DNA from: Alphaproteobacteria bacterium
Lineage (GTDB): Bacteria > Pseudomonadota > Alphaproteobacteria > UBA8366
DNA: 64,000 bases
NCBI GenBank assembly: GCA_028281325.1
Contig: JANQKC010000014.1
Coordinates: forward strand, 23,310-87,309
Direction of reading: 5' to 3'
The notes beneath the pieces were generated by a model. That model was not told where the DNA came from, made no database searches, and was given only the letters and a program-made list of their open reading frames with translations. Made by a program: the position numbers and the translations under genes. The number at the start of each line of letters is the position of its first letter. Position 1 is the stretch's first letter. Positions 1 through 7,422 of the stretch are shown here, piece by piece.

Positions 1-1694
1 ATGACCAGGAGATTGATGATCCCCCGGTAGTTCATGTCCATGTGGTACCAGTGGTTCAAACCGGCGCCGAGGATGACCATGGATTTTCCGTTGGTCTTTT
101 CCGCATTGTCGGCGAACTCGCGGGCGACCGTCGCGATCTGTTGCGCCGGGACGCCGGTGATCGCTTCCGCCCAGGCGGGTGTGTACGGCGCGTTATCGTC
201 GTAGCTCTTCGCGACATGTTCCCCGCCCAGCCCGCGGTCGAGGCCGTAGTTGGCGACGAAAAGATCGAACACCGTCGCAACCAGCGCATCGCCATCCTTC
301 AACGCGACCGACTTGACTGGCACGTTGCGGAGCAGGACATCCGGATGATCGGTACCCGCGAAGTGATCATGCTCGCGGTTGCCGAAATAGGGGAAACCGA
401 CTTCGACCACGTCATCGCGGTCCTCTTCCATGATCAGTGTGAGCTGGAGGTTGGTGTCCTTGCCGTTGGCATCCTTCTCTTCCAGGTTCCACTTACCCTG
501 CTCGCCCCAGCGGAAGCCGACCGACCCGGCCGGTACAACGATGCCCCGGCTATCCGCGTCGACCGCAACGGTCTTCCAGTCGGGATTGTTGGATTGACCC
601 AGGTCGCCGGGGAAGTCCGACGCGCGGACCTGACGGTCCGGTACGTATCGCCCGTCCTTTTCCACCAAGCGAACCAGCATCGGCATGTCGGTGTATTGCC
701 GTGCATACTCCTCGAAATAGGCGGCCTGCCGGTCGATGTGGAACTCGCGCAGGATGACATGTCCCATCGCCATGGCGAGGGCGGAATCCGTCCCCTGTTT
801 CGGATGGAGCCAGAGATCGCTGAATTTCGCCGCCTCGGAATAGTCCGGGCTGACGACGACGGACTTCGTACCCTTGTAGCGCGCCTCGGTATAGAAATGC
901 GCATCCGGCGTCCGCGTCTGCGGGACGTTCGACCCCCAGAGAATCAGGAAGCCGGAATTATACCAATCCGCGCTTTCCGGCACGTCGGTCTGCTCGCCCC
1001 AGGTCTGCGGCGAGGCCGGCGGCAGATCGCAATACCAGTCGTAGAAGGACATGCAGACGCCGCCCATCAATGACAGGTAGCGCGACCCGGCGGCGTAGGA
1101 GACCATCGACATCGCCGGGATTGGCGAGAAACCGACGACCCGGTCCGGGCCGTAGGTCTTCGCGGTATAGGCATTCGCCGACGCGATGATCTCATTCACC
1201 TCGTCCCAGCTCGACCGGACGAACCCGCCATGCCCGCGTTTCTTGGTATAGGACGCGCGTTTCGCCGGATCCTCCACGATGGAGGCCCAGGCGGCGACCG
1301 GCGACAGCGTCGCCCGCGCCTCGCGCCACAGTTTCACCAACCGCGACCGCGCCAGCGGGTATTTCACCCGGTTGCCGGAATAGAGATACCAGCTATAGCT
1401 TGCGCCGCGGGAACACCCCCGCGGTTCGTGGTTCGGCAGGTCCGGACGCGTCCGCGGATAGTCCGTCTGCTGGGTTTCCCAGGTGACGATGCCGCCCTTG
1501 ACGTAAATCTTCCAGGAACAGGACCCGGTGCAATTCACGCCATGCGTGGACCGCACGATCTTGTCGTGCTGCCAACGCTGACGGTAACCGTCCTCCCATT
1601 TACGGTCTTCCCGCGTGGTGACGCCATGGCCGTCCGCGAATTCGCCGACGTTCTTCTCGGAAAAGAAGTTCAACCTGTCGAGTAAGTGGCTCAT
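1..1694 (-). CDS. narG: Respiratory nitrate reductase alpha subunit NarG, N-terminal ~564 codons; the gene continues past the window start
   Basis: Absent from the ORF track because it runs off the window edge. My minus-strand translation from ATG 1694 reads MSHLLDRLNFFSEKNVGEFADGHGVTTREDRKWEDGYRQRWQHDKIVRSTHGVNCTGSCSWKIYVKGGIVTWETQQTDYPRTRPDLPNHEPRGCSRGASYSWYLYSGNRVKYP. This matches the NarG N-terminus, including the H-x3-C-x3-C FS0 cluster motif. GAGGAAA RBS upstream. The + ORF 42..1073 is its antisense shadow. Confidence 0.92.
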   Translation of the reverse strand, partial: MSHLLDRLNFFSEKNVGEFADGHGVTTREDRKWEDGYRQRWQHDKIVRSTHGVNCTGSCSWKIYVKGGIVTWETQQTDYPRTRPDLPNHEPRGCSRGASYSWYLYSGNRVKYPLARSRLVKLWREARATLSPVAAWASIVEDPAKRASYTKKRGHGGFVRSSWDEVNEIIASANAYTAKTYGPDRVVGFSPIPAMSMVSYAAGSRYLSLMGGVCMSFYDWYCDLPPASPQTWGEQTDVPESADWYNSGFLILWGSNVPQTRTPDAHFYTEARYKGTKSVVVSPDYSEAAKFSDLWLHPKQGTDSALAMAMGHVILREFHIDRQAAYFEEYARQYTDMPMLVRLVEKDGRYVPDRQVRASDFPGDLGQSNNPDWKTVAVDADSRGIVVPAGSVGFRWGEQGKWNLEEKDANGKDTNLQLTLIMEEDRDDVVEVGFPYFGNREHDHFAGTDHPDVLLRNVPVKSVALKDGDALVATVFDLFVANYGLDRGLGGEHVAKSYDDNAPYTPAWAEAITGVPAQQIATVAREFADNAEKTNGKSMVILGAGLNHWYHMDMNYRGIINLLV

Positions 1695-1721
1695 CTCAAG
1701 TTTCCTCTGATGATCGTCGAG

Positions 1722-3113
1722 CTAACAAGGGACCGGGGCATTCCGGCGCGTGTAGTAGACCCACGTCACGGCAACGCACAGGGCGTAGAAAGCCATGAAG
1801 GCGTATAGGGCGAGTTCGGGTCCGCCGGTCAGCGTGATCGACGTGCCGTATGACTTTGGGATGAAGAAAGCGCCATACGCCCCGATCGCGGAGGTGAAGG
1901 CGATGATCGCCGCCGATTCCCGCTCCGCCTGCCGCACGAATTGCGTTTCGTCGAGGCTGGGCATCAAACGCTTCACTTCCTGCCGCATGATCGATGGGAT
2001 CATCTGGAAGGTGGACGCGTTACCCACGCCCGTCGCGAAGAACAGCACCATGAACATCGCGAAGAACCCCCAAAATGCGCCCGGCGTTTCCTTGATGCCG
2101 AGGAAAAACAGTACACCCGCGACCGCCCCGATCATGACCAAGAAGGTCCAGAAGGTGACGCGGCCGCCGCCATATTTGTCGGACACCCAACCGGTCGCCG
2201 CGCGGCTGAGCGCGCCGATCAGCGGACCGAGAAAAACGTATTGCAGCGAATTCACGTCCGGGAACTGGGTCTTCGCCAGCAACGGGAACCCCGCGGAATA
2301 CCCGATGAAGGATCCGAACGTGCCGGTATAGAGCACGCACATGATCCAGTTATGCTTTCGCTGAAAAATAACGGACTGTTCCTTAAAGGACGCCCGGGCG
2401 CTTTCGATGTTGTCCATGCCGAACCAGGCCGCGACCGAGGTGATGACCAGGAACGGCACCCAGACGAAGCCGGCGTTTTGCAGCCACAGTTTCGCGCCCG
2501 TGGACGTGACCTGCGGCTCGCCGCCGATTGCCCCGAAGACGCCCGCCGTGATGACCAGCGGCACCACGAACTGCATGACGCTGACCCCGGCATTGCCCAG
2601 ACCAGCATTCAATGCGAGCGCATTACCCTTCTCCGTCTTCGGATAGAAGAAGCTGATATTGGACATCGACGATGCGAAATTGCCACCGCCGAGCCCGCAC
2701 AGCAGCGCGAGTCCCAGGAACAGGATATAGGGCGTCTCGGGGTCCTGCACGGCGAAGCCGATTCCGAGGGCCGGGATCAACAACGAGGCGGTCGACATCG
2801 CCGTCCAAAACCGACCGCCGAAGATCGGCACCATGAAGGAATAGAAGATCCGCAACGTGGCGCCCGACAATCCCGGCAAGGCTGCCAACCAGAACAACTG
2901 ATCGGTGGTGTAGGTGAACCCAATCGCCGGCAGCTTGGCGACGACCACGCTCCAAACCAGCCAGACCGAGAAGGCCAGCAGCAGGCAGGGGATCGAGATC
3001 CAAAGATTCTTTGACGCGATCTTTCGGCCACTCGCCTGCCAGAAATCCGGTTCGTCAGGGCGCCAATCGACGAGCGTGTGGCCCTTCCGGGGGGACGTTT
3101 CTTGAACTGTCAT
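1722..3113 (-). CDS. narK: MFS nitrate/nitrite transporter, NarK2-like
   Basis: 463-aa ORF with ATG at 3113, polytopic, NarK-family sequence (FWTAMSTASLLIPALG, GLGGGNFASSM, GNAGVSVMQF). Stop lies 28 nt upstream of narG. Confidence 0.85.
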   Translation of the reverse strand: MTVQETSPRKGHTLVDWRPDEPDFWQASGRKIASKNLWISIPCLLLAFSVWLVWSVVVAKLPAIGFTYTTDQLFWLAALPGLSGATLRIFYSFMVPIFGGRFWTAMSTASLLIPALGIGFAVQDPETPYILFLGLALLCGLGGGNFASSMSNISFFYPKTEKGNALALNAGLGNAGVSVMQFVVPLVITAGVFGAIGGEPQVTSTGAKLWLQNAGFVWVPFLVITSVAAWFGMDNIESARASFKEQSVIFQRKHNWIMCVLYTGTFGSFIGYSAGFPLLAKTQFPDVNSLQYVFLGPLIGALSRAATGWVSDKYGGGRVTFWTFLVMIGAVAGVLFFLGIKETPGAFWGFFAMFMVLFFATGVGNASTFQMIPSIMRQEVKRLMPSLDETQFVRQAERESAAIIAFTSAIGAYGAFFIPKSYGTSITLTGGPELALYAFMAFYALCVAVTWVYYTRRNAPVPC

Positions 3114-3124
3114 GGCTCAACTCC

Positions 3125-4516
3125 TCAATGGACCGCTTGCGTGGAAGACTCGGCGGAAGGCGACGTGCGCCGCTTGCGCGCACTCTCCTCGGCCGCCGCG
3201 TGGTGAGGTTCGTGGATTTCGACCATTTCGGGGAATTCCGGCAAACCGGCGAGTTGATCGGCCGTGGCCTTGCGTTCCATGCGTTGGATCGCGAAGTGCA
3301 TCCACAAGAGCGCGATGGCGACCAGGAGGAACAGCAGCATGAAGCAGCTCGTCCACACCCCGATCAGGTCGTTCATGATCCCGAAGCTGATTGGCAGGAA
3401 GAAGCCGCCCAATCCGCCGATCATGCCGACGAGACCGCCGACCGATCCCACATGGCCCGGGTAGTAGACGGGGATGTGCTTGTAGACGGCCGCCTTGCCG
3501 AGCGACATGAAGAACCCGAGCGCAACGGTCAGCGCCACGAAGATCGGCAGACTGATCGTCAGGTTGAACGTGATCGGCCCTTCAATGCCCTGGATCGTGT
3601 AGTCGGTCGCCGGATAGCTCAGGAAGAAGCAGATCACGACCGAGGCGAGAAAGGTCCAGTACATCACCGCCCGCGCGCCCCAGCGGTCCGACATATAGCC
3701 GCCCATCGCGCGGAAGATGCTGCCGGGCAATGCGTATGCCGCCGCCAACATGCCCGCGGTCTTGATGTCCAGCCCGTAGACGCCGACATAATAGCGCGGC
3801 AGCCACAGCGCCAACGCGACGAAGGCGCCGAACACGAAGAAGTAATAGAGCGAGAAACGCCAGACCTGCAGTTTCTTCAGCGGGGTCAGTTGCATGAAGG
3901 CGGAGGCCGGCTTTTCGCCCTTCGCCTTGCGCTCGGCGGTGACCGGGTCGTCCTTCGTGGTCAGGAAGAACAAGACGGCGGTGATCAGCAGCACAACCGC
4001 GTAGACCTGCGCCGTCGCCTCCCAACCCAGCGCGACCAACAGGAAAGGCGCGCCGAAATTCGTGACGGCGGCGCCGACATTGCCCATGCCGAAAATGCCG
4101 AGGGCGGTCCCTTGACGTTCTTTCTCATACCAGCGCGAGACGTAAGCGATGCCGACCGCGAAAGAACCGCCGGCAAGCCCGACGCCAAGCGCCGCGACGA
4201 GGAACATCTCGTAGGTCGATACGGTCGACAGCATCCACACCGCAACGGCGGTCAGCGCCATCACCGCGGTGTAAACGAGTCGCCCGCCATACTGATCGGT
4301 CCAGATGCCGAGAAAGATACGGCTGAGCGATCCCGTCAGAATCGGCGTCGCCACCAGAATGCCGAACTGCGTGTCGTTCAGACCTAGGTCTTGCTTAATC
4401 TTGACGCCGATAATCGAGAAGATCGTCCAAACGGCGAAGCACACCGTGAAAGCGAGTGTACTTGTGCCGAGAATGCGATTTTGTTGGGACGGTGTTACGC
4501 CATCCAGTCCATTCAT
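3125..4516 (-). CDS. narK: MFS nitrate/nitrite transporter, NarK1-like
   Basis: Paralogous NarK-type MFS (ATPILTGSLSRIFLGIWTDQYGGR, GLAGGSFAVGIAYVSRWY). The ORF track starts at GTG 4558. I prefer ATG 4516 (MNGLDGV...), which has a GAGGGGAAA RBS. Stop is 11 nt before the narK2-like start. Confidence 0.82.
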   Translation of the reverse strand: MNGLDGVTPSQQNRILGTSTLAFTVCFAVWTIFSIIGVKIKQDLGLNDTQFGILVATPILTGSLSRIFLGIWTDQYGGRLVYTAVMALTAVAVWMLSTVSTYEMFLVAALGVGLAGGSFAVGIAYVSRWYEKERQGTALGIFGMGNVGAAVTNFGAPFLLVALGWEATAQVYAVVLLITAVLFFLTTKDDPVTAERKAKGEKPASAFMQLTPLKKLQVWRFSLYYFFVFGAFVALALWLPRYYVGVYGLDIKTAGMLAAAYALPGSIFRAMGGYMSDRWGARAVMYWTFLASVVICFFLSYPATDYTIQGIEGPITFNLTISLPIFVALTVALGFFMSLGKAAVYKHIPVYYPGHVGSVGGLVGMIGGLGGFFLPISFGIMNDLIGVWTSCFMLLFLLVAIALLWMHFAIQRMERKATADQLAGLPEFPEMVEIHEPHHAAAEESARKRRTSPSAESSTQAVH

Positions 4517-4611
4517 CGTTCGTTTCCCCTCTGTCCCGCGCGCAATCGCGCGGGACACCGCTATTGGTCAGTGTGGTGGGGAAAGGGTCCGCTGCCGCGG
4601 CCGCGAACCGT

Positions 4612-4625
4612 TTGATTCAGATCAA
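4612..4625. promoter_or_regulatory. Perfect FNR/Dnr-type box TTGATTCAGATCAA
   Basis: Exact match to TTGAT-N4-ATCAA. Its centre is ~102 bp upstream of the narK1-like ATG 4516, which fits a class II FNR-type promoter for narK-narG with a ~60-nt leader. Confidence 0.7.
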
Positions 4626-4725
4626 AAGTCCGCGACGCGAAGGAAGATACAAGGGATGCTGCATCAGATGTCGCACCGTCACATAACAGTGGTATCGTAG
4701 CGATCTGACTTATGCGTGCCGCCAA

Positions 4726-4739
4726 TTGACAAAAATCAA
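4726..4739. promoter_or_regulatory. Second FNR-like box TTGACAAAAATCAA
   Basis: 13 of 14 match to TTGAT-N4-ATCAA. It ends 5 nt before the annotated ATG (4745) of the Crp/Fnr regulator. Confidence 0.5.
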
Positions 4740-4744
4740 ATAAG

Positions 4745-5479
4745 ATGCGGCGGATCGCTCAGACAAGGGAGGGCGGGTTTTTGCGTTCAGAGGATCTACC
4801 GGCTGTCCGCGATCTCGATCTATTCGCGGACATGGAGCCCGGACATTTCGAGGAGTTGATGCAGGTCGCCTACCTGCAACGCTTTCCACCGCAGGTGCAT
4901 CTCATCACCGAGGGCGATCCAGCCGACTTTCTGCACGTGGTCGTGGACGGAACGGTGGAGCTTTTCGCCACCGCCAACAATCGCGAGACCACGATGGCGG
5001 TGATCAACCCGGTCGCGACCTTCATCTTGGCGGCAGTGCTCAAAGATGCCGTCTACCTGATGTCCGCACGCACCATGACCGCCTCGCGGATCCTTTTGAT
5101 CCCGGCGGAAAACATCCGTGACATCTTCGAACGGGACGCCGCCTTCGCCCGGTCGATCGTGCAGGAACTGTCGGTGCGTTATCGGGACATGGTCAAGCTG
5201 CTCAAGAACCAGAAGCTGCGCACGTCGGTCGAGCGGCTGGCGAACTACCTGCTGCATGAACACACATGTCAGGGCGCGAACGGGGCACTCACCCTGCCGA
5301 CGGACAAGCGTACGCTGGCGACGCTACTCGGCATGACGCCGGAGAACCTCTCCCGCGCCTTCGGCACCCTCGGCCCCTATGGCGTATCGGTGGATGGCGC
5401 CCGGATCGCGCTGTCGAAACTCAACGACCTCGAAACACTGGCCAAACCCAACCCACTGACGGACGACCCAGCGACGTAA
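4745..5479 (+). CDS. Crp/Fnr-family transcription regulator lacking the Fe-S cysteine cluster (NarR/Dnr/NnrR class)
   Basis: 244 aa with a cNMP-binding-like beta-roll (ITEGDPADFLHVVVDGTVELF) and a C-terminal HTH containing the FNR-type E--SR recognition motif (TPENLSRAF). No N-terminal Cys cluster. Divergent from narK/narG, as narR is in Paracoccus. Confidence 0.8.
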   Translation: MRRIAQTREGGFLRSEDLPAVRDLDLFADMEPGHFEELMQVAYLQRFPPQVHLITEGDPADFLHVVVDGTVELFATANNRETTMAVINPVATFILAAVLKDAVYLMSARTMTASRILLIPAENIRDIFERDAAFARSIVQELSVRYRDMVKLLKNQKLRTSVERLANYLLHEHTCQGANGALTLPTDKRTLATLLGMTPENLSRAFGTLGPYGVSVDGARIALSKLNDLETLAKPNPLTDDPAT

Positions 5480-5583
5480 GGCTCGACCGTCACGGCTGCA
5501 ATTCACCTTAGATTTCCCCGACGCAGGCGCTGACCTCATCCGGTATGCCCGCTCCATAAGTCGTCGTCACGGAATCCGTCAAC

Positions 5584-6015
5584 TCATTTGACGAACGCAA
5601 CTGGCCCGCGCGCCACGGGAACGACCAGCGCCGGACAGTCGTCGCGGGTTCCCGACGCGTCGGCGCAGGCCATCACATCGTTGAGCAGCACCCGGCCCAC
5701 GCGCGCGCAGGACAGCCCGTCGATGCCGAAGACCTTGAGGCTCGTCTTGCCGGCCGGCAGCGGCGCCGTCTCGACGGCGAGGCGTTTGGCCACGACTCCG
5801 TCCGCATCGAACATCACGAGGTCGAGCTTGAGCGTCTCGAAGGCGCTTTCCGTGCCATTCTCCAACACGATGTAGGCGCGGCACGCCTTGCCGTTCGGCT
5901 CCAGCTTGTTGAGTTCGACCTGGACATTGCCCGTCCTATCGCCCGCCGCCTGCGCGTCGGCCACGACCCCAAGAACCAGGAGCGCCGCAAGCCGCGGCAG
6001 AATTCGTTTGGTCAT
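5584..6015 (-). CDS. Small secreted protein of unknown function (signal peptide, 4 Cys)
   Basis: 143 aa. N-terminal signal peptide MTKRILPRLAALLVLGVVADAQA. ATGA start/stop overlap (6012-6015) with the upstream PepSY gene. I recognise no family with confidence. Confidence 0.6.
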   Translation of the reverse strand: MTKRILPRLAALLVLGVVADAQAAGDRTGNVQVELNKLEPNGKACRAYIVLENGTESAFETLKLDLVMFDADGVVAKRLAVETAPLPAGKTSLKVFGIDGLSCARVGRVLLNDVMACADASGTRDDCPALVVPVARGPVAFVK

Positions 6016-7415
6016 TCGCCTAGCACTCCCCTTTCTATCCCATCCGGTTTATCCGGCGAGGCCCTGCGCCGCGTCGGCATGCCCGACGTTCGCAGCAACG
6101 TCTCCGGCCGCCACAGGAGGAAGACCCAGGCGAAGATGATGGCGAGCGTCACCATGACCCAGCCGATGATGGTCGCGGCGACGCCGGGGGCGATCTCCGG
6201 GAATTTCTGCACGCCCTCGATCATGGGGCCGTAGCTCCGCACCTCCGCAATGCCGCCTGTCGCGGAGGCAGCCAGAACGACGAGCGTGACAAGGATCGCC
6301 GCCCCGGTGCCCGGCCAGCGGTGCAGGGATTGCGCCGTCGTCTCGCGCGCCAACCTGTGCGCATGCAGCCAGGTCCCGGTGAGGATAAGGCCCGACAGCA
6401 CGAGGCCGAAGACGAACCAGACGCCCTTGCTCCAGAGTCCGCCGAAGTCGCCGAAATGCAGCGGGTCGGCGGTGTCCGACCAGCGCCAGTAGAGCGAATA
6501 GTCGTGGGGAGTCTGATTGTACAACACCCCGCCGGTGCGCCGGTCGAGATGAACCTGATTGGCGCGATTCCGGACCAGGAGATGGGCCGCCTGACCGTCG
6601 GCGTACAGCACGTCCTTATTGTCGCCTCTGAAGCCGACCAGTCCTATTTCCAGGTCGGGCCGCAGGTGGCGCACGCGGTCGACCAGCGCATCAAGCGGCT
6701 GAACGGACAGCGCCGGATCCGATGCCGCGAGCGGAACCCGGTTCACGGCGAAATCTCCCGTACCGGCGTAGGCCACTTTGCCGTCGCCGACGTCGACCCG
6801 CAACTTCTCGAAGAGGTACCACGCTCCCGTGATCCCGATCACGAGGAGGAACCAGATCGACCAAAGTCCGACGGTCTTGTGCAGCGTGCTCCAGAAGGCC
6901 TTGCCGCGCCCGCGCGGCCAAACCAGAAAGCGCCGCCACCAGCGCCTATAGAAGACCAGCGCGGCGACAAGCGACGTGAGCATCGTCAGCGCTAAGGCCA
7001 TCACCGTGTAGTACCCGAACCGCTTGAGAAAGAGGTTCATATGAAAGCTGCGAAAGAAACGCTGCACGGTGAAATAACTCGAGAAGCCCTGCACCTCCGT
7101 CGTGTAGGGGTCGACATAGACGCGCATGGCCCGCTGGGCCGGAAGGTCGACGACCACCTGCGCCGCCGACGCTCCATAAAGCGGCGCGCCAAACCAGCGT
7201 ATTTCGGCAAGCGGGAAGGCCGCGGCGACCGCGGCCTCGATTTCTCCCCAGCTGGCCTGCTCTTCTCCCGCGTCGACCCGCGCTTCGGGCGTGACCAGCC
7301 AGTCGATCTCATGCGATAGCACCGCGAAGGTCCCGCTCCAGCAGATCACGAACAGCATCAGACCGGTGACGACGCCCGTGAAGCTGTGGATGCGGAACCA
7401 GGTGCGGTTGCTCAC
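6012..7415 (-). CDS. PepSY-associated TM-helix protein (PiuB/FoxB-like putative ferric-siderophore reductase)
   Basis: The track ORF (6012..7790) overlaps the receptor gene. The real start is GTG 7415 (VSNRTWFRIHSFTGVVTGLMLFVICWSGTFAVLSHEIDWL), 7 nt after the receptor stop. Repeated TM plus HxxxG-like segments are typical of the PepSY_TM family. Confidence 0.8.
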   Translation of the reverse strand: MSNRTWFRIHSFTGVVTGLMLFVICWSGTFAVLSHEIDWLVTPEARVDAGEEQASWGEIEAAVAAAFPLAEIRWFGAPLYGASAAQVVVDLPAQRAMRVYVDPYTTEVQGFSSYFTVQRFFRSFHMNLFLKRFGYYTVMALALTMLTSLVAALVFYRRWWRRFLVWPRGRGKAFWSTLHKTVGLWSIWFLLVIGITGAWYLFEKLRVDVGDGKVAYAGTGDFAVNRVPLAASDPALSVQPLDALVDRVRHLRPDLEIGLVGFRGDNKDVLYADGQAAHLLVRNRANQVHLDRRTGGVLYNQTPHDYSLYWRWSDTADPLHFGDFGGLWSKGVWFVFGLVLSGLILTGTWLHAHRLARETTAQSLHRWPGTGAAILVTLVVLAASATGGIAEVRSYGPMIEGVQKFPEIAPGVAATIIGWVMVTLAIIFAWVFLLWRPETLLRTSGMPTRRRASPDKPDGIERGVLGE

Positions 7416-7422
7416 GCGAGCC

